Made by a program: the position numbers and the translations under genes
The notes under the pieces: model-generated
Seen by the model: the letters and a program-made list of their open reading frames with translations, nothing else
Told to the model about the DNA's origin: nothing
Database searches by the model: none
Assembly (NCBI GenBank): GCA_965205945.1
Contig: CBDBIB010000003.1
Location: forward strand, 352,001 to 416,000
DNA: 64,000 bases
Source of the DNA: Bdellovibrionales bacterium
GTDB taxonomy: Bacteria > Bdellovibrionota > Bdellovibrionia > Bdellovibrionales > UBA1609
Direction of reading: 5' to 3'
In this document: in pieces, positions 40,439 to 48,242 of the stretch
Layout of the letters: each line of letters starts with the position of its first letter
How positions within the stretch are numbered: position 1 is the first letter of the stretch

Positions 40439-41278
40439 TTGAAACAAATAAAATTTAATAATTTTTTAATTTTAGTAGCATTAGGCTTATTTCTTCCTGA
40501 TTTCTCTCAAGCTAAAACCTTTTGTACAAAGCTTTCTAAATCTTATAAGAATGAAATTTCAAAAAAATTTAAGCAAGACCCTTTTTTTCTAGTAGAGTCT
40601 TTTTTAAAGATTCCAGAGAGTTCTAAATTTAATAATAGTGTTTTATTAAAAAATAAACTCTTAACCGGTAGTTTTGATCTAAGTAGAATACAAAAGTCAA
40701 CTCAAACAAATCTTAAATCCAAAGCCATATCAAATGTTTTTTTTGATTGGATAAGAACACAATATTTTAGTAGTTATGATAAAAATCTATCTGAAAAAAA
40801 TGATCACCTTTTAGAAAAAAACAGATATTTTTTAACTAAGCAGGAGCTCTTTGATACTGCTAATTCGTTACGTTTTTCAACTGGAATTGAGAAAAAATCT
40901 TGTTCAAATGAAGAGCGCTTTCTTCTTAGATGCAAAAAACTTTACGTTATTAAAGTTCAAAATACTCCTGCAGTTTCTTGTAAGAATAAAAATTTACAGA
41001 AAGCTTTTGAAGCAAAGTTTTATTTAACTTTTTCAAGAAAATATGGTTTTAAAATATTAGATATTTCACTATTTGGGAAAAGAATCGTCTTAGATTCAAT
41101 GAAACATATGTTTTCTCTTAAAAGTAAAGGCTTTAACAACAGTGCTATAGTTTCACATATTTCTCTGCTTTCAAACAGCCCAAACACTTTTCGATTTCCT
41201 AAAAGACAAGTTAATACGTCTACTTTCTTAGCAACCTTGAAAAATAAAGGTTCTACTCGGCTTCCGGCATCACTTTAA
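40439..41278 (+). CDS. Exported hypothetical protein, weakly MlaC/Ttg2D-like
   Basis: Signal peptide ending SQA; FKILDISLFGKRIV resembles the MlaC C-terminal motif. Confidence 0.6.
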   Translation: MKQIKFNNFLILVALGLFLPDFSQAKTFCTKLSKSYKNEISKKFKQDPFFLVESFLKIPESSKFNNSVLLKNKLLTGSFDLSRIQKSTQTNLKSKAISNVFFDWIRTQYFSSYDKNLSEKNDHLLEKNRYFLTKQELFDTANSLRFSTGIEKKSCSNEERFLLRCKKLYVIKVQNTPAVSCKNKNLQKAFEAKFYLTFSRKYGFKILDISLFGKRIVLDSMKHMFSLKSKGFNNSAIVSHISLLSNSPNTFRFPKRQVNTSTFLATLKNKGSTRLPASL

Positions 41279-41943
41279 GGGTTCTTATAAAACTCTTCCT
41301 TACTACGATCAAATATATAATCTATAAAGTTTTTACCCTTAGCTCTTTGAATTGATTGATGCCCCTTTGACACCCATACTGTTTCAAAGCCTATTTCTCG
41401 TCCTATTTGAAGATCATGTAGAGTGTCCCCAACAACAACACCTTTAATAAAATTGTGCTTTTCTTTAATAGCTCTTCCTCGATGAAGCTTAGAACCGCCA
41501 TTAAAATCCTTTGCTCCAGATAAAACCTTAAAATAATTTGAGATATCATGATGTTTGATTTGAAATTCTAGTTCTGTAATATGTGCGGCTGAAAAAAGCA
41601 CCTGTATAACCTTAGCTTCATAAAGATGCCTTAAACAGTCTTCAGCTCCATTGTGAAGCTTTGGTTTATGATGATTGGCTTTGTAATTAACAGCAAAAAG
41701 ATCAGTCATTTCATCCCTGCTTATTCCAAGGCGCTCTAAATCCAGCTTATCGTAGTACTTACTTATTGGGAGAGTGAAGTTGTCCTGGTAAAACTGTTTT
41801 GAAAGTGCTGCAATGCTTTTGCTTTTAAAAATCTGGTTGTTAACGCTTAAAGAATAATCTAGATCATCTAATAATGTTCCATTCCAATCCCAAAAAATAC
41901 AGGCTTTTGTCTTAAGATAGCTTAAAAATTCTAAAGAAGTCAT
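41275..41943 (-). CDS. HAD-family hydrolase (phosphoglycolate phosphatase-like)
   Basis: WDWNGTLLDD, VGDTLHD, GHQS. Confidence 0.92.
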   Translation of the reverse strand: MTSLEFLSYLKTKACIFWDWNGTLLDDLDYSLSVNNQIFKSKSIAALSKQFYQDNFTLPISKYYDKLDLERLGISRDEMTDLFAVNYKANHHKPKLHNGAEDCLRHLYEAKVIQVLFSAAHITELEFQIKHHDISNYFKVLSGAKDFNGGSKLHRGRAIKEKHNFIKGVVVGDTLHDLQIGREIGFETVWVSKGHQSIQRAKGKNFIDYIFDRSKEEFYKNP

Positions 41944-42221
41944 AACACCTAAATCACATAAAAACTCTGTATTAGTCCATAAGAAATCGTAAAATGACTT
42001 AAGGATGAAATAAACTTATAAAAATGCCTCATAATTAGCGGCCTTATTTTTATAATTTATTTGGGCATCGGTCTAGATAACTCTAGATAAGCTTCTACTT
42101 TGCTATTTATAACATAAAATAAGGTGTGAAAATTTTTTTAAATTTAAAGGCAGAGGTATATGAGTAGTCGCCATTTTTTTAAACATAAAATTCATAATTT
42201 TTTAAAGAAAGTAAGGGTTTT

Positions 42222-43940
42222 ATGAAAAGGCTTGTAGGTGTTGTAATCTTATTTCTTTCTTGGGGTTGTAGCGAATCAGAATTTTCATCTGTAAGTTGTG
42301 GGGATTTAAATCATTGTAAAACGGTTGTCGAAAACAGCTTGGCATCTTGGTATACTGGAGATTGGTCCCGCTGTAGTCTTGCTTGTGGAAATGGTCAAAC
42401 AACTAGGTCCGTACAATGTAAAAGCGTTAGAAACGTTGTAGTTCCAGATTCAGAGTGTTTAAGTACAAAACCTCCTTTAAGTACCTCTTGTAATAGTGAG
42501 CCTTGTGTAGGTGATTACAGCTGGAATATTGGCCCTTATAAAGCCTGCTCTCAGACTTGTGGCGGGGGGACTAAGTCTAGAGATGTTACATGCCAATCTA
42601 GAAGCGGTGTTTTTGTGGCTGACAGCTTTTGTTCGGAAATAAAGCCTATTATAAGTGCATCATGTAATTTAAACACTTGCCTGGAGGATACTTTTAACTG
42701 GGTTCCTGGCTCGTGGGAAACCTGCTCTCAAACTTGTGGTGGTGGGACTTATTCACGCTCTGTTACCTGTCGCAATGGTTTAAACATTATTGTTGATGAA
42801 AGCTTTTGTACAGAAACAAAATCTAAATTAAAGGGTTCATGTAACACTCACTCATGCTCTTATAACTACGCTTGGGTTGAAGGAAACTGGGGAGCCTGTT
42901 CTCAAACATGTGGCGGTGGAACACAATCTAGATCTCAAGGGTGTAGAAGAAATGACGAAGTTTATGTCCAGCATGCTCTATGTACTTCTCCTGCGCCACC
43001 AACATCACAAGCATGTAATACACAAGTTTGCTCTCCCTCGACTTGTACCACTCATCAAATTTCTAAAACTACTTCTGCTAGCGAAAATCAATTAGATATT
43101 TTACTTGTAATAGATGATTCTGGGTCCATGTACCAGGATAATATAAGGCTTGCTGCTAAACTTGGTGGTTTTGTTAATAACTTAAGCTCTTCAAATATTG
43201 ATTGGCAGATGTGTATTACAAGCACTAGTGTGGATTATTTTCAAGGTCGACCTGTTCAGTGGCGAGGTGCTAACTCTGGTCATATTTTAACAAGAAACTC
43301 AGGAAATCTTTCAGGTATTTTAACAGAGACTGTAAAATGGATCGGGGCAGGATTTAGTTCCGATGAGCAAGCAATTAAAGCTGTAAATCTTTCATTAAGA
43401 GACAATACAGATTCACACTGTTATAGAGAGGATGCTGGACTTGCCATCATCATTATCTCTGATGAGGATGAAAGAAGTGTTGGAGGGGTTCGTGCTTTAA
43501 ACCCTGGTCAATATAAACCTCTTACAGCTGATAACCAGCCTTCTTCAGTAATGAGGACTATAAATACAGTCTTTGGAATTGGAAAAAGAGTGAGCGTTCA
43601 TCCTATTATAGTAAAAGATGTTGAGTGTAAAGAAATACAAGATGCTCAAGGAGAGGTGTCTTTTTATGGCACTAAATACAAACAACTTTATAGCCATATC
43701 GGTGGAAGTTTACATAGTATTTGTGAGCCTGATTTTTCTATAACACTAGCTAATTCTCACACTACAATTATATCTTCTTTAGCGGCTTTAGAATTAAGCT
43801 GCACGCCTAATGCAGCACCCATAGTGCATGTAAATGGAGTCTCTTATGCACCTTATATTACTATTGTTGGTGATGAAATTACCTTTAATCCTGTAGTTAG
43901 TGGATCAGCTACAATAACCGGCTCTTACTGCTGTGAATAA
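42222..43940 (+). CDS. Lipoprotein with four thrombospondin type-1 (ADAMTS-like) repeats and a vWA domain
   Basis: Lipobox SWGC; 4 x Wxxg.W..CS..CG.G...R.V.C...C...CN...C at about 42348-43031; DILLVIDDSGS MIDAS; IIISDEDE. Confidence 0.92.
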   Translation: MKRLVGVVILFLSWGCSESEFSSVSCGDLNHCKTVVENSLASWYTGDWSRCSLACGNGQTTRSVQCKSVRNVVVPDSECLSTKPPLSTSCNSEPCVGDYSWNIGPYKACSQTCGGGTKSRDVTCQSRSGVFVADSFCSEIKPIISASCNLNTCLEDTFNWVPGSWETCSQTCGGGTYSRSVTCRNGLNIIVDESFCTETKSKLKGSCNTHSCSYNYAWVEGNWGACSQTCGGGTQSRSQGCRRNDEVYVQHALCTSPAPPTSQACNTQVCSPSTCTTHQISKTTSASENQLDILLVIDDSGSMYQDNIRLAAKLGGFVNNLSSSNIDWQMCITSTSVDYFQGRPVQWRGANSGHILTRNSGNLSGILTETVKWIGAGFSSDEQAIKAVNLSLRDNTDSHCYREDAGLAIIIISDEDERSVGGVRALNPGQYKPLTADNQPSSVMRTINTVFGIGKRVSVHPIIVKDVECKEIQDAQGEVSFYGTKYKQLYSHIGGSLHSICEPDFSITLANSHTTIISSLAALELSCTPNAAPIVHVNGVSYAPYITIVGDEITFNPVVSGSATITGSYCCE

Positions 43941-43955
43941 GAGAGAAAAAATAAT

Positions 43956-44399
43956 ATGAATAACACTCAAACAAGAAATATAAAGATCGTATCCTTCTTT
44001 GTTTTAACACTTTGTTTTTGCTCGCTTATGGTTTTTTTAAATCAACAAAATCAAATTTCAATAATACAGATAAAAGCACTTAATAGAGCACAAATCTACG
44101 TAAATAGGATGGTTGAATCTGGGTTTATGGTTAAATCTTCTAAGCCTAGAATATCTAGGGGCTTAGCATCTATAACTTATGAACAAGAATTTTTAGCAGG
44201 GTTTGTTGGTTTAGACCCTTGGGGGCACCCGTTTAACTTCTTAGTAAAAAAAGACCCTATAAATAAGGATACAGGAATTATTATTGTTTGGTCCTTAGGA
44301 GCTAATAATAAATTAGAAACATCAAAGGATATGGTTTTTAAAGATCATGAATCATTTAAGGGTGATGATTTTGGAAAAGCCTATCTGTTTAAATTTTAG
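43956..44399 (+). CDS. Membrane-anchored T2SS GspG-like domain protein
   Basis: DPWGHPF...VWSLGANNK...GDD; TM anchor without a GFTLIE prepilin motif. Confidence 0.7.
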   Translation: MNNTQTRNIKIVSFFVLTLCFCSLMVFLNQQNQISIIQIKALNRAQIYVNRMVESGFMVKSSKPRISRGLASITYEQEFLAGFVGLDPWGHPFNFLVKKDPINKDTGIIIVWSLGANNKLETSKDMVFKDHESFKGDDFGKAYLFKF

Positions 44400-44451
44400 T
44401 TTAAAAAACTTTAGCTTTTTTAAAAAGAGATTTAAATAACAGTTTTATTTA

Positions 44452-44472
44452 ATCTAAGTTCGAACTTTTTAA
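44452..44472. mobile_element. Degenerate solo IS982-type terminal repeat
   Basis: ATCTAAGTTCGAACTTTTTAA versus ACCCGAATTCGAACTTTTTAA (reverse complement of 52025-52045). Confidence 0.4.
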
Positions 44473-44594
44473 GTTTATGCTAGAAGTCTTTACATTTAAA
44501 TCATACTAATTTTATAAAATAATTTCTTAAATTAAATTTTTTTTAAAATAAAAGGACATCATAAAATTTTATAGTTTCTTATACAGATTATTTT

Positions 44595-46382
44595 TTATTT
44601 ATTTGCATGAAGCTTTCTTCTTCTAAGTCTAATAGACTTAGGGGTTAGCTCTACAAGCTCATCATCAACAATCCATTCTAAGGCTTGCTCTAAAGTCATT
44701 TTTCTAACCCTTGTAAGTTTGACAGCCTCATCGCTACCTGATGCTCGAACATTTGTTAGTTTCTTTTCTCTGCATACGTTTACGTTAAGCTCTCCACCTT
44801 TATTGTACTCACCAATTATCATACCTTCATAAACTTTGACTCCAGATTCAATAAACATTGATCCACGATCTTCAAGATTAAATAAAGAGTATGATGTTGC
44901 TTTTCCTTTTCTATCAGAAACTATTCTTCCAGCCTGTCTTTTTTTGATTTCACCCTTAAACGGTGCATAGTTTTTAAATTCAGTGCTTAAAAGTCCTGTG
45001 CCACGAGTATCTGTTAAAAACTGACCTCCATACCCGATAAGACCTCTAGAGGGGATTTCAAATTGAAGCTGACTTCTACCAGACTCCCTGTTAATCATTC
45101 CTGTTATGATGCCTTTACGCTCTTGCAATTTTTGAGTTACAATCCCTGTGTAATTAGTTTGAACATCAATATAAACTGTTTCAATAGGTTCACATTTTTC
45201 ATCATCAATGGCCATCATTAGAACTTGAGGTTGACTAATCATGAACTCAAAACCTTCTCTTCTAAAAGTTTCCATAATAACTGCAAGTTGTAATTCTCCA
45301 CGGCCAATTAACTGAAAAGTATCTGCTTTACTAGTCAACAAAAGTCTGATGGAAACGTTTTTAAGACACTCTGTTTTAAGACGCTCTAAAATCTTACGAC
45401 TTGTAACCTCTTTGCCTTCAAGCCCTGCAAAAGGGCCATCATTAACTGATACAAAAAGTCCAACTGTCGGTTCATCAACTTTAATTCGTTTAATTGGAGT
45501 ATCTACCGTTGTTGAGGCTAAGGTGTCTCCAATTTCAATACTGTTAAAACCTGAAATAATCGCAATATCTCCAGCATATAAATGTTTAACATTCATTGTT
45601 TTATTACCAACAAAGGTTGAAAGTGCGCTTACTCTAAACTGAACTATTTTGTCATTTTCCTGAAATTTTTTAATTGAATCTCCAACTTTAATAAAACCAC
45701 TTAAAACACGACCCACAGCAAGTCTTCCAACAAAGTGACTGTATTGAATATCAGAAGTAAGCATTGAAAAATCACCTTCTTTTATTTTAGGTGGCGGAAT
45801 TTCGGAGATGATAAGATCAAATATGCATGTAATATTATCTGTAGAACTAACCTCTTCAAATTTTTGAGAAGCTTTACCTTCTTTTGCAATAGCGTAAACA
45901 ACTTTAAAATCAAGCTGCTCTCCACTTGTTGCAAGCTCCATAAAAAGTTCTTCAATTTCTAATAAGACCTCTTTTTCACGGGCGTCTTTACGATCCACTT
46001 TATTAAGGATAACAATAATTTTTTTGTCTTGTTCTAATGCTTTTTTTAAAACAAATCTTGTTTGTGGAAGTGGACCTTCTGCAGCATCTACTAAAAGTAA
46101 AGCGCCATCAACCATATTTAAAACACGCTCAACTTCACCACCAAAATCCCCATGGCCTGGAGTGTCTACGATATTAACTTTTACATCCTTATATTCAAAA
46201 GAAGCATTCTTTGCAGCAATTGTAATTCCACGTTCTTTTTCAATATCCATTGAATCCATCAAACGCTCTTGTTGTTTTTTATGATCTTTAAAGATACCAG
46301 ATTGTCCTAAGAGTTTATCTACAAGAGTAGTTTTTCCATGATCAACATGTGCAATAACAGCAATATTTCGATATTCTTTCAT
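44595..46382 (-). CDS. typA: Translational GTPase TypA/BipA
   Basis: RNIAVIAHVDHGKTTLVD, ERGITI, GRGELQL, NVCREKKLTNVRASG. Confidence 0.98.
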   Translation of the reverse strand: MKEYRNIAVIAHVDHGKTTLVDKLLGQSGIFKDHKKQQERLMDSMDIEKERGITIAAKNASFEYKDVKVNIVDTPGHGDFGGEVERVLNMVDGALLLVDAAEGPLPQTRFVLKKALEQDKKIIVILNKVDRKDAREKEVLLEIEELFMELATSGEQLDFKVVYAIAKEGKASQKFEEVSSTDNITCIFDLIISEIPPPKIKEGDFSMLTSDIQYSHFVGRLAVGRVLSGFIKVGDSIKKFQENDKIVQFRVSALSTFVGNKTMNVKHLYAGDIAIISGFNSIEIGDTLASTTVDTPIKRIKVDEPTVGLFVSVNDGPFAGLEGKEVTSRKILERLKTECLKNVSIRLLLTSKADTFQLIGRGELQLAVIMETFRREGFEFMISQPQVLMMAIDDEKCEPIETVYIDVQTNYTGIVTQKLQERKGIITGMINRESGRSQLQFEIPSRGLIGYGGQFLTDTRGTGLLSTEFKNYAPFKGEIKKRQAGRIVSDRKGKATSYSLFNLEDRGSMFIESGVKVYEGMIIGEYNKGGELNVNVCREKKLTNVRASGSDEAVKLTRVRKMTLEQALEWIVDDELVELTPKSIRLRRRKLHANK

Positions 46383-46518
46383 AAAATCCGTTTCTTCTTT
46401 ATTTTTAATTCTCTTTTTATATTTAAAAAAACAGTACTATTTTTTAAACTTTAAAGAGAGTAAAAAAAGAACTCTTTTAAAATACTCTTGTTCTTATAAA
46501 TTTAATACATTATTTTGT

Positions 46519-47160
46519 TTAGTTACGTTTTTTAAAAGCTTCTTCATCAATACTAATTTCTAGTTCAACTCTTCTATTTAAGGAACGCCCTTGAATAGTT
46601 GCATTTGAGGCTATGGGTTGTATTTCACCCATTCCTTTAACTTGAAGTGCTTGAGAGGGAACTCCATTTTTTAAAAGCCTGCTAAATACAGCTTGAGCTC
46701 TTTTTCTAGAAAGATTTGCATTAAACTCATCAGAACCTTGAGAGTCCGTGTGACCTACAACTTTAACTCTATCTTCCGGGTACTTCACTAGTATTTGAGC
46801 TATTTGGTCTATTTTTAATGTAGCATTTGCTTTTAATTCAGCTCTGCCAGAATCAAATAAAATATCTCCTTTTAATTTTGTAATGATACCCTTTTCAGTT
46901 CTCTTTGTTTCAGCAATTTGAGCTAATTCCTTAGCTTGCTTATCTAAGTGATAACCAATACCACCACCAAGTAATCCTCCAAAGGTAGCTCCCACTAAAG
47001 CGCCTTTATGTTTATTTCCACTCTGATGACCAATAATTGCTCCTAAACCAGCGCCAATTGCAGCACCAGCACCAGCTCCAATGGTTGTTCTCTTATCAGG
47101 ACCTGATTGACACCCTACTAATATTAAAATTGCTATTAAAATGATTCCCATTTTTTTCAT
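46519..47160 (-). CDS. OmpA-family lipoprotein with glycine zipper
   Basis: Lipobox LVGC, Gly zipper, ILFDSG, GHTDSQG, LSRKRA, NRRVE. Confidence 0.95.
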   Translation of the reverse strand: MKKMGIILIAILILVGCQSGPDKRTTIGAGAGAAIGAGLGAIIGHQSGNKHKGALVGATFGGLLGGGIGYHLDKQAKELAQIAETKRTEKGIITKLKGDILFDSGRAELKANATLKIDQIAQILVKYPEDRVKVVGHTDSQGSDEFNANLSRKRAQAVFSRLLKNGVPSQALQVKGMGEIQPIASNATIQGRSLNRRVELEISIDEEAFKKRN

Positions 47161-47234
47161 ATTTTCTCCATATTAGGTTATATAAATTACTAAGTAACTT
47201 ACAAAATTTAAGTTTTAAAATCTATCATTAATTA

Positions 47235-47353
47235 ACGCGAATTCGCACTTTTTCAGGACTTAAGTTTTGAATAAACAAAAGATTACCTCTTAAGTTTTTT
47301 GTAAAATTTAATTGTTTTAAATTAATCGGTAAAGGAGCAGGAAATGATCTAAG
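47235..47353 (+). mobile_element. IS982-family left end (IR, RBS, transposase start with a stop at codon 3)
   Basis: Aligns with 60602-60720: ACGCGAATTCGCACTTTTTCAGGACTTAAG...AAGGAGCAGGAAATGATCTAAG versus ACCCGAGTTCGAACTTTTTTCAGGACCTAAG...AAGGAGCCGGGAATGATCGAAG. Confidence 0.88.
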
Positions 47354-47390
47354 ATCTTTCCTTTTTCAATTTTACAAGGTGTCGCATATA

Positions 47391-48088
47391 GAGGCTGTCG
47401 CCGAAGTTAGTAAAAGGTAGAAAAACGTAGAAGAGTTTTATAATATGAAGAGATGTTAAAAAAGAAGATAACCAATAGACGTTTTATGATGATTTGTTAG
47501 AGAGACTTGTTTTAAAATCTCACGTATACTTAAATCCCAGGCCTTTTTAAACCTTCTTCTAGCATGCATCATACACCCAAGCCTTAGAGTTAAATCTTTT
47601 TTCTTGCACGGCGCTCATCCATATGAGGAGAATGGTGTTTTTAGATAAGGGCTACGACAGTGATGCCGTGGATGAACAGATCAAAACTAAGGGTTGTGCT
47701 AATGGAACAATTAGAAGGAGAAATCGAAAGTTTAAAAATAGAGATTTAGACCATTGGAGATCTTTAGTTCGTATGCCATTTAAAAGCACTTTTTCAAAAG
47801 TAAATAGGCATTGCCGTTACAGAGGTATTGAAAAAGTAGAGTTCCAGGCTTTGATGGAGGCTGCAGTTTAAAACTTAAAATGGGTCATCAGGATAGGTTT
47901 GTCTAATTTAAGTTTTTAGAGGAAGTTTATAAAAAAAGAGTCTTCAAAACCCGGTTTTGAGAGCCTGTAAATTAAATTGTAAATATAGCGTTTGAAAAAA
48001 GCTGTGTTGAATGTCTACTAAGACTGTTCGATTTTAAGTCCGCTTAAGCTGCGTTGGAAAAATTTGTACTCGCTTTTGTGACAGTCTC
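47391..48088 (+). mobile_element. Internally deleted IS5-family element (698 bp) with transposase fragments
   Basis: Imperfect IRs GAGGCTGTCGC / GTGACAGTCTC flanked by ATATA on both sides. N-terminal relic from 47445 with stops; C-terminal fragment DKGY...RMPF...RYRGIEK at 47623-47871. Confidence 0.85.
47961..47985. mobile_element. IS256-like terminal sequence inside the IS5 relic
   Basis: GAGCCTGTAAATTAAATTGT matches the ends at 336, 50098 and 50281. Confidence 0.5.
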
Positions 48089-48170
48089 ATATAGGATCTA
48101 GATTTTAAACCAAGTCAAACCTTAATAAAACGCTATACAACTTCTTAGTGTCGTAATGATGAGCTAATTT

Positions 48171-48235
48171 GGTCTCACAATAATACAATTTAAAGTTTAA
48201 AATTTATAAAAGTTTTCGGTAAATTATGCCGAAAG
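48171..48235 (+). promoter_or_regulatory. Putative sigma28 promoter with degenerate upstream box
   Basis: GGTCTCA-CAA-TAATACA at 48171-48187; TAAAAG at 48207; GCCGAAAG at 48228-48235, 7 nt before the ATG. Confidence 0.5.
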
Positions 48236-48242
48236 GCTGGGT

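Noticed and set aside
1399..46284. Many short ORFs overlapping longer genes (e.g. 1399, 3848, 4963, 6226, 6552, 7071, 8056, 14607, 31678, 32245, 33833, 38910, 42877, 45349, 46024)
   Set aside because: Antisense or alternate-frame shadows of well-supported genes, with no motifs.
47323..47330. sigma28 -10 box for ompA (ACCGATTA, minus strand)
   Set aside because: Lies inside the IS982 left end and has no matching -35 element.
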